64,000 nt of DNA from an uncultured Candidatus Poseidoniales archaeon (lineage in GTDB: Archaea > Thermoplasmatota > Poseidoniia > Poseidoniales > Thalassarchaeaceae), in contig CACKMK010000002.1 of assembly GCA_902601345.1 (NCBI GenBank), positions 43,571-107,570 on the forward strand. Direction: 5' to 3'. Within the stretch, counting starts at the first letter, position 1. Every line of letters starts with the position of its first letter. This document shows positions 46,211-56,205 of this stretch, piece by piece. Position numbers and translations under genes: made by a program. Below the pieces are notes generated by a model. It worked only from the letters and a program-made list of their open reading frames with translations, was not told the origin of the DNA and ran no database searches.

Positions 46211-46633
46211 ATGAGTAATGTTGATTCACTAGACAGATCTATTCTATCCTTCCTCAGAGAGTCTGCAAGGGCCCCCTACGTAGAGATAGCCAAAGGAGTC
46301 GGAGTCACAGAAAGGACTGTTCGAACTAGAATCAAAAGGCTAGAGGATGAGGGCGTAATCAGAGGATATACGGTTAGAGAGTCCGGAATAGGGCTCACTG
46401 CGCTGATTCGTCTCAAAGTTGGTTCGGGTACCGAGATTGGTTCTCTGGCTGGTGAGTTCTCGGGATGGGCTGGCGTTGAGTGCGTATACGAAATAAGCGG
46501 CGATGCAGATTTAGTTGCGGTGGTTCACGTTGATGATACCGTGGCTCTGAGGGACATGCTGGACAGAATGTGGTTAGCAGCACCCGGAGACATCAGTTCG
46601 ACTCAGACCGAACTAGTCCTAGAACAGTACTAG
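46211..46633 (+). CDS. lrp: Lrp/AsnC family transcriptional regulator
   Basis: 140 aa. LDRSILSFLRESARAPYVEIAKGVGVTERTVRTRIKRLEDEGVIRGYTV is the Lrp HTH domain. C-terminal RAM domain. Confidence 0.8.
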   Translation: MSNVDSLDRSILSFLRESARAPYVEIAKGVGVTERTVRTRIKRLEDEGVIRGYTVRESGIGLTALIRLKVGSGTEIGSLAGEFSGWAGVECVYEISGDADLVAVVHVDDTVALRDMLDRMWLAAPGDISSTQTELVLEQY

Positions 46634-46647
46634 AGTAGGAATATTGT

Positions 46648-47502
46648 CTATTCGGGTTTGCAAAGAAGATATCTGAAATACTGAATCCTCCCTAACTTTA
46701 GGGACTCGTAAACAGGAGTGCCGGGCACCCCCCCGAAGGTCTCGAAGCTTTTCCTGAGAGATGGCGGAGCACTTTGGCGTATCATCTCCCTCCTGTCCTC
46801 ATCGATAATATCCAATGCGTCCACTACGTTTTCAGTCACGTCCGTCCATGACTCTATGGTAAATCCGGACTGGACGAAACTCTCGTGCATTTTCTCCATG
46901 GTCTTCTTATCCCTCATATCGGTCCAGCAGAACTTTCCACCTGGCTTTAGGACCCTGAATACCTCAGAGACGAAGGCTGGAATATCAGCATAGCAATGGG
47001 ATGATTCGACATTGTACACGATATCAAACGATTGATCTGGTAGAGCAAGTTGCTGAGCGTTTCCAACTCTGAATTCTAAATTATCCTGGTCTGAAAACCA
47101 CCCTTGAGAGAGTCGTATCGCCTCATCTGAATAGTCGACTGCAAGAAGGGATTTTGGATTGTATTTCCTTGATACCCAACTCGCTCCTCCTCCCCTTCCA
47201 GACCCTACTTCGAGGACTTCTTTTCCCTCAATCTCAACATCCCTAATATTCATGTTGTAAAGTTGGATGAATAGCCTGTCTCCCTCATCCTCGGGGGATA
47301 ATTCGAGTTCATCTCCATCTTTGAATCCATAGTTCATGAATCGGAAGTTGTGGTCTTTCTGTGATCTTGCCATCCTCTGATATAGACCTCTCCACATTCT
47401 CATCCTAATCCGGGGAGGAGCCAGTCGCATTACAGAGTAGAATATCCTCGCAGGGATGCCGGTTGACAAATTAGCACCTATTCTTTCCACTTTACTGAAC
47501 AA
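46648..47502 (-). CDS. Class I SAM-dependent methyltransferase
   Basis: 284 aa. VLEVGSGRGGGASWV is motif I. VLKPGGKF is the post-II region. Resembles small-molecule/phospholipid N-methyltransferases. Confidence 0.6.
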   Translation of the reverse strand: MFSKVERIGANLSTGIPARIFYSVMRLAPPRIRMRMWRGLYQRMARSQKDHNFRFMNYGFKDGDELELSPEDEGDRLFIQLYNMNIRDVEIEGKEVLEVGSGRGGGASWVSRKYNPKSLLAVDYSDEAIRLSQGWFSDQDNLEFRVGNAQQLALPDQSFDIVYNVESSHCYADIPAFVSEVFRVLKPGGKFCWTDMRDKKTMEKMHESFVQSGFTIESWTDVTENVVDALDIIDEDRREMIRQSAPPSLRKSFETFGGVPGTPVYESLKLGRIQYFRYLLCKPE

Positions 47503-48032
47503 CCGATACTCTCTGTCCTAGACACGGACACCTTCTGCCCTGAGGTAAGCTCGTTTATTGCGTCGTCTAGTTCGGAAGTAGTAGCGTGTGACGGATCTCT
47601 GGGAGAGTCATCCAGGCGACCCCTGTAAACCACGATTGATTCCTTATTCAGGAGGTAGAATTCCGGGGTCCTCTCCGCGCTGTAGGCAATTGCAACCTCC
47701 TGGGTTGAGTCGTGGAGGTATGGATATGTCATACCCTTTTTAGCTCTCTTTACCATGTTCTCCCATGAATCCGATTCATACTTGACTGGGTCATTTGAGT
47801 TGATTCCAACGAACCCCAGGCCCTTGCTTCTGGCTACATTAGCTGCGTCCTCTATTCTGGGCTCTGACCCCACTACATACGGGCAGTGATTGCAAGTGAA
47901 GAAGACAACAGTACCGTTCTCTCCCATGGTATCACTGAGTGTGATGGTCTTCTCGCCTGAGTTTTCGTTGGCGTTTGGAAGTTCGAAATTAGGGGCCAAT
48001 TCTCCCGGTTCAAGTTTCTTCAAGAAATGCAT
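47478..48032 (-). CDS. Thioredoxin-fold redoxin (AhpC/TSA/TlpA-like thiol-disulfide oxidoreductase)
   Basis: 184 aa. VVFFTCNHCPYV carries the Cys pair in the redoxin context. GEKTITLSD...GTVVFF is the N-terminal peroxiredoxin-like region. Confidence 0.5.
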   Translation of the reverse strand: MHFLKKLEPGELAPNFELPNANENSGEKTITLSDTMGENGTVVFFTCNHCPYVVGSEPRIEDAANVARSKGLGFVGINSNDPVKYESDSWENMVKRAKKGMTYPYLHDSTQEVAIAYSAERTPEFYLLNKESIVVYRGRLDDSPRDPSHATTSELDDAINELTSGQKVSVSRTESIGCSVKWKE

Positions 48033-48058
48033 GTATTAACGCCAGGGTAGCACATTGT

Positions 48059-50347
48059 TCAATCCTTTGGAACGAGGGCTTCCCTCTTGGTATTGATTTG
48101 CTCTCGACACTCCTCCAACCTCCTCCTTGCCAGTCTATTCTGAGAGTCAACATCGAGTACCTTACGCCAAGCTGTAGCGGCTTTCTCTACATCTCTACCT
48201 TCATGAAGAATTGCAGCGATACGGAGTCTCGCGTCCAGGTGTTGTGGGTCGGTCCTGACTGCAGCCTCGAAATCAGAAATTGCCTTCTCAGATCTTCCGA
48301 AGTCAACATACAGAAGTCCTCTTTGATACCATGCCTCCGAAAGATTAGGATTCTCCTCTATGGCTTTGTTTAGAGGTTTCTCCGCCTGTTCTGACCTGCC
48401 CATTGCTATCATACATGTACCCAAGTGGACTAATCCCATCGAATGGTTATGACTTAACTTTAGGAGTTCTCTTAACTCGAATTCAGCATTTTCCCAATCG
48501 CCCTGATTCATTAGTATCTCCGACTTCCTCAAGCGACCTAGTTCATGATTGGGTCGTTCCTCCACCAATTGGGTGGCATCATCTAATGCCATTGCCAAAT
48601 CGTCACAGAGAAGGGCTGCTGATGATCTGTTTAGTCTGGCCCTGGCATGTTTTGGGTCGAAACTTAGAGTATCGGAGAATAGCTTGATCGCCTCTCTAAA
48701 ACGACCGTGCTTGGCTGCGATGATTCCCCGGATGAACGGTACGGTTTGATTGTCCTTCAGAGTAGTTGTTGCCTCCAGAGTTAGTGCGTTCGCCTGCTCC
48801 AAGTCTCCAACCTCCAAGCATAACTGTGCTTCCTCCAGCGAAATCGAGGGGTGTTCTGGAATCAGCCTCCGCGCTCTCACCAGAGCAACTTCTGCCTCAT
48901 CGAAGGCACCTTGGTATCTGAGTGCTCTAGCCCTCCCAAGCCAGGCTAAACCTGACTCCCTATCAATCTCAATCGCTCTATCGAAAGAGACGAGTGCGTC
49001 AATCACTGGAATCTGATCGACTTTGCCGGTCTCATCACGATGATGGTCTGCGTCAACTAGACTGAGTCTTCCTTTCATGATGTGCAATGAAGACGAGTTC
49101 CAGGCTTCCTCCGGTGCTTCTTCCAGAGTTTGAAGAGCGGAGTCCGGTGATCCGCTGCTTAACCAGAGTTGACTCAGTCTACCTCTGGCCTCTGAATCTC
49201 CTGGAGAGTTGCGGAGATGTTCCTCTAGAACCTCTATTGAGGCATCTGTCCTACCGTCGTTTTCGAGTATCTCGGACTCTAAAATAACAGTATATTCGCC
49301 CAAGGCGTTTGCCCTTCTAAGGGATTTCATTGCCTCTTTCATGGGGCCAGCCTCGGCAGCAACCAATCTGGCCTTGAGAGACCATGCCTGGCCGAAATTT
49401 TGATCCCTCTTGATTGCCGATTCTACCGACTCCAGTGCTGGTCTGAACTCTCCCAGCATCAGTTGCTTGGTTGCCTTTTCGACCAAAGTCGATGCTGTTC
49501 CTGACGAATAATCGCCTCTGTCATCTGACTCCTTCGCTCTTTGGGATATTTGAGAGAGATCGCCATCTATTGCAGATAGAGATGTCGAGGCGCCCAAGCC
49601 CTCTAGTCTCTTCGTGTTCCTACCATATCGTTCGTCTTCAGTACCGTCCAACAGAACGAGTTGCTCATTTAGTAAGCTGATATCATCCGGAACAATCGCA
49701 AGTAGCCTCTCTAGAGTCCTATCAAGAGAGTCAAGATCTCCGCTTTTCCTCAGGATGTCAGAAAGTGAGCGGAGAGCTGCTTCGTCCTCTGGATCTAAGT
49801 CGTTCGCTCTATGATAACAGTCTGCGGCCCAATCAAACCTTTCGATGGAGTGGAAAAGTTCACCCAATCTCCGATGCTCATTGGCAGACAGTTCAACATC
49901 CTCAGCCTTCATCTCAGCCTCTGTGAGGATGGCAGCTAGCCTCTTAGAAAGCGGTTTAAGTCCCTGGAGTATTATTCTCTCTTCTTCAGGGTCGCCCTCT
50001 TCATAGTGCTCCAGCAAAGACTTAGCTGCATGGCTCGCTATCGCGCATGACTCGCTATTACTGACTGGTATGCCTTGATTGAACAGTAACGACTCTGCTG
50101 CCTCTAGTGACTTATGTACTCCGAGTAGCTCATGGACTTCAGGAGCGTCGGAAAGAATGGTGTCGACGCCCCGGGAAAGAAGATCTAACTTCTCCGAGGT
50201 TTGTACCAGATTTCCTTTCATGGAACCGATCTTAGATGCAAGCTTCTGTCTCTGTCTAAGTACAGACTTGTGCTTTATCCACAAAACAAATAGAGTGATC
50301 GACAGTATCCCGTAGAGAGTCATGACGACCATGGTGGTCTCTTGCAT
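48059..50347 (-). CDS. Tetratricopeptide-repeat protein with N-terminal membrane anchor
   Basis: 762 aa. TM helix is MVVMTLYGILSITLFVLWI. Many TPR-like units (W-LG-Y...A...F..A..L.P.). Confidence 0.6.
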   Translation of the reverse strand: MQETTMVVMTLYGILSITLFVLWIKHKSVLRQRQKLASKIGSMKGNLVQTSEKLDLLSRGVDTILSDAPEVHELLGVHKSLEAAESLLFNQGIPVSNSESCAIASHAAKSLLEHYEEGDPEEERIILQGLKPLSKRLAAILTEAEMKAEDVELSANEHRRLGELFHSIERFDWAADCYHRANDLDPEDEAALRSLSDILRKSGDLDSLDRTLERLLAIVPDDISLLNEQLVLLDGTEDERYGRNTKRLEGLGASTSLSAIDGDLSQISQRAKESDDRGDYSSGTASTLVEKATKQLMLGEFRPALESVESAIKRDQNFGQAWSLKARLVAAEAGPMKEAMKSLRRANALGEYTVILESEILENDGRTDASIEVLEEHLRNSPGDSEARGRLSQLWLSSGSPDSALQTLEEAPEEAWNSSSLHIMKGRLSLVDADHHRDETGKVDQIPVIDALVSFDRAIEIDRESGLAWLGRARALRYQGAFDEAEVALVRARRLIPEHPSISLEEAQLCLEVGDLEQANALTLEATTTLKDNQTVPFIRGIIAAKHGRFREAIKLFSDTLSFDPKHARARLNRSSAALLCDDLAMALDDATQLVEERPNHELGRLRKSEILMNQGDWENAEFELRELLKLSHNHSMGLVHLGTCMIAMGRSEQAEKPLNKAIEENPNLSEAWYQRGLLYVDFGRSEKAISDFEAAVRTDPQHLDARLRIAAILHEGRDVEKAATAWRKVLDVDSQNRLARRRLEECREQINTKREALVPKD

Positions 50348-50453
50348 CGCTCCCAGCGGACATGAGAGACTTTTGATGGCTTCTGCTAAGAATGCCCCTC
50401 AGATGGCCATTAACCCTGGGTCAAAGAACAGCCATACAAGTGTTAGTTGTATC

Positions 50454-51623
50454 TCATTCCAAATCTCTAATGGAGTATGCCTGAACTCCAAGTTTCAGAG
50501 ATTGAGGGCCCACTGTCTTGCCTACGACATTGTTTATTCCAGCGCCCGACGCTAGTTCATGAATCCGATCTGTCACCTTACCCGAGAATACTAGCCCTTG
50601 GGCTCCTTCTATTTCACCGAGAGCAGACTCTAGGTCCTTCGCACTAACAGGCTCAGAGCCGCTTCCATCGGCCTGGACAATTACTGTGTAGTTTCTCTTG
50701 AGTCCGTCCATCATAGGTGCCCATCCCTTGATCTCATCTGATGCTTCCATAGTCGGTTTTCCTTTCCCGACCGATGCGTCATCGTCCTTTTGGATTTCTG
50801 TCTGAATCCTGGCGACGGCCTTGGATGCCGGTTCTTTCTGTCCTAGGCACTTGGTCACAACCTTGCCCTCCAGATGCTCGACTTCCCTACTCTGCGGTGC
50901 AAATGCTACATGGGTTAGTGACTTACCTAGTGTACCGCTAATCTCCATCAACAGAAGCTTGCCTCCTCGATCTCCATCAAGGAAAGCGGTAACTGTCTTC
51001 TTCTTGGATGCCAACTCCGCCAGTTCCGGCTTGATTCCGGAACCCATGGTCGCGATAGCATTGTTAATCCCGTACTTCAATAGGTTTCGGACATCATTTC
51101 TACCCTCAACTATGATGATTGCGTCCGAGTTCTTCACATTCGGGCCGGCAGTCATCTCTTGGTAGTCTGTCTCTGTATCGAGTGTCAACACTGCTCTGAC
51201 CTCATCGAGGATGTTCTTTGACTCCCCGGATGCAGAGTTCACAATGTTCAGGAGAAGCTGCTTTGCTCTGTCAATGACGTGGTCTCTCTTAGCAGACCTA
51301 ACGTTCTCTATCTCCTTAACCTTGATTACGGCCTTGCATGGTCCTATCCTGTCGATAGTCTCCAGGGCAGCACCGATTACTGCAGTGCTAACCTGATCTA
51401 TCGAGGAAGAAACTTCTAGTGTTCCCTGGACACGTCCCTTGTGGTTGTTTAAACTCACATCCACGTGTCCGATTCTCCCGGTCTGCTGGAGTTTCCTTAG
51501 CTGCAGCCCTTCTCCTAGAAGTCCCTCGGTCTGGCCGAAAATAGCACCTACGACGTCTTTGCGCGCCACGGTACCATCGACTCTAATTGTTGCATGTATT
51601 ACGTATTTTCCTTCATTTGCCAT
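50454..51623 (-). CDS. dnaG: Archaeal DnaG-like primase (TOPRIM domain)
   Basis: MANEGKYVIHATIRVDGTVARKDVVGAIFGQTEGLLGEGLQLRKLQQTGRIGHVDV matches the archaeal DnaG N-terminus. TOPRIM residues IIVEGRNDVRNL and LDGDRGGKLL. Start set at MANEGKY. The 53 upstream codons of the track ORF cover a GC-rich hairpin region. Confidence 0.8.
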   Translation of the reverse strand: MANEGKYVIHATIRVDGTVARKDVVGAIFGQTEGLLGEGLQLRKLQQTGRIGHVDVSLNNHKGRVQGTLEVSSSIDQVSTAVIGAALETIDRIGPCKAVIKVKEIENVRSAKRDHVIDRAKQLLLNIVNSASGESKNILDEVRAVLTLDTETDYQEMTAGPNVKNSDAIIIVEGRNDVRNLLKYGINNAIATMGSGIKPELAELASKKKTVTAFLDGDRGGKLLLMEISGTLGKSLTHVAFAPQSREVEHLEGKVVTKCLGQKEPASKAVARIQTEIQKDDDASVGKGKPTMEASDEIKGWAPMMDGLKRNYTVIVQADGSGSEPVSAKDLESALGEIEGAQGLVFSGKVTDRIHELASGAGINNVVGKTVGPQSLKLGVQAYSIRDLE

Positions 51624-51840
51624 ATTGTTCAAATCCTTTGCTTCTCGGCCCCAAACCGGGGCCTTGCCCCCTATTTTGCCAGTTTGGCTCGGGGGGTTCG
51701 GATGGGCGCAAGGCGCCCGCGAGTGGGCTGATAAGCAACTTACCGGGCGATAGGGGTATTCATGAATCCTCCTGTTTACCAATGGGTCTTTACTGAAGCG
51801 ATATACCCAGTGGTTAAGTCTAGTATGTATATCGGAGTTC

Positions 51841-52329
51841 GTGGTGGAAGAGTCCTGGCTCGAAGATGATCGGTCTCAAGTATTCATGAACGCATCTATG
51901 CTGGCTCTTAGAGACGGGCAATTATCTAATGGAGAGAAGAGAATCTTGGTGAAGCTAGCACACGCGCTGAGGCTCCAGGAGGACGAGCCCAAGCGGATTT
52001 ACGATGCTATTCTATCAGGAGAGACGGACAGGACCAGTGGAGATAAGTTAGGGCATAGCGAGAAGATACTAGTGTACGGCCAAGTTCTGGAAGCAATGCT
52101 AATCCACACGGATCGTTCAGAAGAGGTGATCGCTCAAATTGCATATCTTAGAAAGATGTTCGCTATTGAGGAGGCTGAGCACAGGGCTATTGCAAGAAGT
52201 CTGGATCGGCAGTTAGAAGAAATAGTCCATCGGTCTTTCATAGACGAGTATCGAGTCCGTCTGAACGAGACTGGAGATGCGCTAAGACAGATTTCTTCAC
52301 AGCTACTGGAGCGAGTTGTTCGTCGATAG
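51841..52329 (+). CDS. TerB-like domain protein (tentative)
   Basis: 162 aa. ALRDGQLSNGEKRILVKLAHALRLQEDE resembles the TerB/DjlA-N helical-bundle motif. Confidence 0.3.
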   Translation: MVEESWLEDDRSQVFMNASMLALRDGQLSNGEKRILVKLAHALRLQEDEPKRIYDAILSGETDRTSGDKLGHSEKILVYGQVLEAMLIHTDRSEEVIAQIAYLRKMFAIEEAEHRAIARSLDRQLEEIVHRSFIDEYRVRLNETGDALRQISSQLLERVVRR

Positions 52330-52362
52330 CGTCAAATTGCCAATAGGGAATCAGTAGTTGAA

Positions 52363-53007
52363 ATGAGTGGAGTATTGGTACTTGATGAGTTCCTTGAGAG
52401 CCAACCGAAGAGAGTGCACAGATCATACAGGAAGTTAGCTAGAGTAGTTCGTGAGGCATACCCGATAGGGGTACCAGCACTGATCATGAAATCAAGTACA
52501 GATAGACTGGGAGCGTCTGCCGGTTACTCTTTCCACCTTGGAACACCGGATGACATCCTCAGAAGGATTGCTTCCTGGCTGATTACATATGCTAAGGGAA
52601 ATCAGGACGTGCTATGGAGACTGATGCGAGAGCTGTGGTCCAGGCACGGAAGAGAGGATGTTGCTCTTTCCGCGCTGCTTCTAGCGAATTTGGACCACCA
52701 GGCAGCTGGTACCGACCCGTGGGATATACTGTCTTCATTGATTAATACCAAGGAGCCTGCAGATGCGCTCCTGCTAAGTATTGAGGAGGTGCTTAGAGCA
52801 GGTCATGGAGGGCCAAGTAATGTGCAGTATAGATCATGGTGCTCTGGTAGGATGGTGCAGACTCACCTAGCGCTTATATCAGCGTTCGCTAGCCAAAACT
52901 CGGGTCTAGACATCTCTCCGGAGGTTATTGCACTGCTCCTTGATGTAGATGTCCCGGACGGCGATACTCTTCTTGGCCGAATCAGAGACAGGTTTTCGGA
53001 ACTCTAA
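52363..53007 (+). CDS. Hypothetical alpha-helical (HEAT-like) protein
   Basis: 214 aa. Helical repeats. No family assigned. May continue, after a frameshift, in the ORF at ~53047..53254. Confidence 0.3.
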   Translation: MSGVLVLDEFLESQPKRVHRSYRKLARVVREAYPIGVPALIMKSSTDRLGASAGYSFHLGTPDDILRRIASWLITYAKGNQDVLWRLMRELWSRHGREDVALSALLLANLDHQAAGTDPWDILSSLINTKEPADALLLSIEEVLRAGHGGPSNVQYRSWCSGRMVQTHLALISAFASQNSGLDISPEVIALLLDVDVPDGDTLLGRIRDRFSEL

Positions 53008-53258
53008 CAATAGTACTAATTCGTCCTTAGCCTCCGTAATTGCCATGGTCGAGCGCCTGTTGCCATCGGATGACCCCGTAGCAGAGGAAGTTCTAGAGTG
53101 GACAATTAAGAGAGATGCCCAAGATATTGCCCAGTTAATGGAGTGGCTAGTAGGAACCACTGCAAGGAAGGATCGAGAGATGCTCATAAACCGTGCATTG
53201 GATTTAATGGAAGAGATTGATCATGCATTAAAGCGACTTGACGAGCTAAGGTGAACTT

Positions 53259-53816
53259 ATGCGGTCTCTATTGCTTGCAGGGGGGAAATCGTCTAGGATG
53301 GGGATAGATAAAGCAATGATTGAGGTAGATGGCTACTCAATGATTTCGAGAGTAGTCAAGGCACTGACTCTCGCAGGATTGGAGCCAATCAGAATCGCTG
53401 TGGCTAGTCCTGAAGACATCGAGAAATATGGAAGCGTAGTAGGCCCGGACGCAGATGTTGAATGGGTTTTGGATGCCAGAACTCACGCTGGTCCAATTGA
53501 TGCTATTAAGGAGGCGCTTCTAGACTCTGGATGCGGTGAAATCCTACAGCTAGCGGCAGTAGACTACCCATGGGTGACAGAGGAGTTGTTCATCTCTCTG
53601 CAGGAGGGTTTGGATGATGATAATGCTCTAATCATGCCCCATGATGGAGAGGTTTCCCACCCTCTCCTAGCATTGATTCGGAGCGAGGACGTTCTAGGAA
53701 TCCTGCATTCTGACAGGAGGTCCCTCAGAGCGCAGTTCGCAGAGGTCAAGCATTCAATACTAATTGAAGAGCCAGAAATCCTTCGGAACGCGAACTCACC
53801 CGAGGACCTCAAGTGA
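53259..53816 (+). CDS. mobA: Molybdenum cofactor guanylyltransferase MobA-like (nucleotidyltransferase)
   Basis: 185 aa. LLAGGKSSRMGIDKAMIEVDG is the MobA/NTP-transferase N-terminal signature. Confidence 0.6.
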   Translation: MRSLLLAGGKSSRMGIDKAMIEVDGYSMISRVVKALTLAGLEPIRIAVASPEDIEKYGSVVGPDADVEWVLDARTHAGPIDAIKEALLDSGCGEILQLAAVDYPWVTEELFISLQEGLDDDNALIMPHDGEVSHPLLALIRSEDVLGILHSDRRSLRAQFAEVKHSILIEEPEILRNANSPEDLK

Positions 53817-54443
53817 AACCCCCCCATTGCAGAGTAGATCGATAATCTCGGGATATAGAGTATGCTCGACCTTCCTGACTCTATCCTGGAGTGACTCCTC
53901 ATCGTCGTCAGGGAGAATAGGCACTTCTCTTTGAGCGAGAATGGGGCCTGAATCGACGCCCTCATCAACCAGATGTACGGTACACCCCGTGGTTTTCACA
54001 CCTGCAGCGAGTGCGTCTCGGTGAGCATGCGCCCCAGGGAAATCTGGAAGTAGAGAGGGATGAATATTCAGGAGCCTCCCCTTCCATATTGCTACGAAAG
54101 ATGGTGTCAGGATTCTCATATACCCACTGAGAACAACTAGTTCAACACCGGAAGATTTGAGTTGTCGTAGAATCATACTCTCATGTGCTAAACGACGCTC
54201 GGTGCTCTGCAGTCCCAGCGGAAGTGGGATTCCCATCGTGGCGATTCCTGCACTCCTTCCATGCTCTAGTCCTCCAGCATTTTCACTATCTGCAATTACC
54301 AAAACTGTCCGATGACTCCTAGGCTTGGAAAATTGGAACGACAATATGGAAGATAGTCCCGAACCGCCTCCTGAAATCAGAACGGCCAACCTCAGAGGCT
54401 CTTCGATAGAAGCGGCTCTAGGTAGAATGAATGGCGCCTCCAT
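53796..54443 (-). CDS. purN: Phosphoribosylglycinamide formyltransferase
   Basis: LLNIHPSLLPDFPGAHAHRDALAAGVKTTGCTVHLVDEGVDSGPILAQ is the PurN active-site region. Start set at MEAPFILPRAASIEEPLRLAVLISGGGSGL. Confidence 0.8.
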   Translation of the reverse strand: MEAPFILPRAASIEEPLRLAVLISGGGSGLSSILSFQFSKPRSHRTVLVIADSENAGGLEHGRSAGIATMGIPLPLGLQSTERRLAHESMILRQLKSSGVELVVLSGYMRILTPSFVAIWKGRLLNIHPSLLPDFPGAHAHRDALAAGVKTTGCTVHLVDEGVDSGPILAQREVPILPDDDEESLQDRVRKVEHTLYPEIIDLLCNGGVSLEVLG

Positions 54444-54525
54444 GCCTTTCTGGTGAGGAGTTTCCGCTTGAGTCTTCGGATTACTCAAACTTAAACGAAG
54501 GCGGGGTTACCAATGGACGTAGTTC

Positions 54526-55017
54526 ATGGAAAGAACAGCCACCATTGACGAAATTGTTGAGAGATATTGCGTATCCAGCAATCCCTTTCTGAGTCGTTTA
54601 TACCTGGGGTTAGGATTTATGTTCATAGGTTTCGCTATAATCGGCCTTTGGGTTCCAGGATGGCCTACGGTTTCATGGGCTGTACCAGCGGCCTTCCTCT
54701 TCTCATACTCCAGCGAGAGAATGTTCAGGTGGACTCTTACGAATCGGTTCTTCGGCTCCGCGATGTTCGATTACTATGCAACTGGAAAGACGGTGCCGAG
54801 TCATGCAAAAGTGGCAATCATTGTGCTTATTGCGTTGATGTCTGCCGCATCGGCGACCCTCGTCTGGAAGGTTTCTACACTTGGTGATGGAAAAATTTTC
54901 GAGCCATCCTCATGGAATGGTGCTGATCCGGGATATGGGGCTGTGACCATTATCCTAGTCGGGCTTTTCGGTATGTATTACGTGGCAACCAGAGTCAGAA
55001 TCAGAGAAATAGGCTGA
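54526..55017 (+). CDS. DUF454 (YbaN-like) small membrane protein
   Basis: 163 aa. LGLGFMFIGFAIIGLWVPGWPTVSWAVPAAFLFSYSSERMFRWTLTNRFFG matches the YbaN family pattern. Confidence 0.45.
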   Translation: MERTATIDEIVERYCVSSNPFLSRLYLGLGFMFIGFAIIGLWVPGWPTVSWAVPAAFLFSYSSERMFRWTLTNRFFGSAMFDYYATGKTVPSHAKVAIIVLIALMSAASATLVWKVSTLGDGKIFEPSSWNGADPGYGAVTIILVGLFGMYYVATRVRIREIG

Positions 55018-55062
55018 CTCAAACTCTTTTTGCAGGTGGCCAGTCCGAGGGCTTTGAGAAAC

Positions 55063-56205
55063 ATGGACTTTGACACAATCTCAGTAAGAGGCAAGAGCAA
55101 GCCAGACCCGACAACGGGTGCGATAGTACCCCCGATATACCAGACTGCGACCTATGTATTGGAGGAGATAGGGGTCGACAAGGGGTTCGACTACACTCGC
55201 TCATCCAATCCCACCAGGCAGGATCTGGAGGAGCACTTGGCCGCGTTGGAGGGAGGCAAATATGGGATTGCTTTCTCCAGTGGAATGGCAAGTGCGGATA
55301 GTTGTATGAAGCTTCTAAAACAGGGCGATCACGTTGTCTGCTGCGATGACGTGTATGGTGGGACTGCGAGACTTTTCAACAACCTGATGACGAACTACGG
55401 AGTCGAGTTCACCTACGTTGACTCACAAGTGGCGGAGAATGTCCAGAAGGCTATACGTCCAGAGACGAAGATGGTGTGGGTAGAAACCCCAACAAATCCA
55501 CTTTTGAAGGTTACAGATCTAGAGGCTGTAGGGAATATCGCAAAGAGTAATGATCTGCTTTACGTTGTGGATACCACTTTCGCGACCCCGGTTTTCCTCA
55601 GGCCTCTTGAGTATGGGGCTGATCTGGTGCTTCACAGTACCACGAAGTATCTGAGTGGACATAACCAGATTATCGGGGGTGCAATAATTACCGATAGAGA
55701 CGATCTATATAATCAGTTGAAGTACATCCAAAAGAGCGTTGGGGCCGTCCCTAGCCCGTTCGATTGCTGGTTGGTGATTATGGGTCTGAAGACTCTTCAT
55801 CTCAGGATGCATAGACATTGGGAGAACGCGGAGAAGATAGCGTCCTACTTGGAGGGACATCCAAAGGTATCCAAGGTGGTCTATCCTGGATTGGAGTCAC
55901 ATCCCATGCACAAAGTTGCCAAAAGTCAGATGAAAGGGTACAGTGGGATGATCTCATTCGAGTTGGAGGGAGGATTGGAGGCTGGTAAGAAGTTAATGAA
56001 TTCGGTCGAGTTGTGCCTCCTTGCCGAGAGCCTGGGTGCTGTGGAAACTATGATCACCCATCCTGCAACTATGACTCATGCGGAGGTTCCTCGAGAGGAG
56101 CGTTTGTCCAGAGGGTTTGAAGACGGCTTGGTCAGGCTCTCTGTGGGAATCGAGGACCCAGATGACCTGATTGCTGATTTGGAGAAGGCCTTCGAAAAGG
56201 TGTGA
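55063..56205 (+). CDS. Cys/Met-metabolism PLP enzyme (cystathionine gamma-synthase / gamma-lyase / beta-lyase family)
   Basis: VVDTTFATPVFLRPLEYGADLVLHSTTKYLSGHNQIIGGAI has the PLP lysine in the STTKY(L)xGH context. Start at MDFDTISVRG. Confidence 0.8.
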   Translation: MDFDTISVRGKSKPDPTTGAIVPPIYQTATYVLEEIGVDKGFDYTRSSNPTRQDLEEHLAALEGGKYGIAFSSGMASADSCMKLLKQGDHVVCCDDVYGGTARLFNNLMTNYGVEFTYVDSQVAENVQKAIRPETKMVWVETPTNPLLKVTDLEAVGNIAKSNDLLYVVDTTFATPVFLRPLEYGADLVLHSTTKYLSGHNQIIGGAIITDRDDLYNQLKYIQKSVGAVPSPFDCWLVIMGLKTLHLRMHRHWENAEKIASYLEGHPKVSKVVYPGLESHPMHKVAKSQMKGYSGMISFELEGGLEAGKKLMNSVELCLLAESLGAVETMITHPATMTHAEVPREERLSRGFEDGLVRLSVGIEDPDDLIADLEKAFEKV

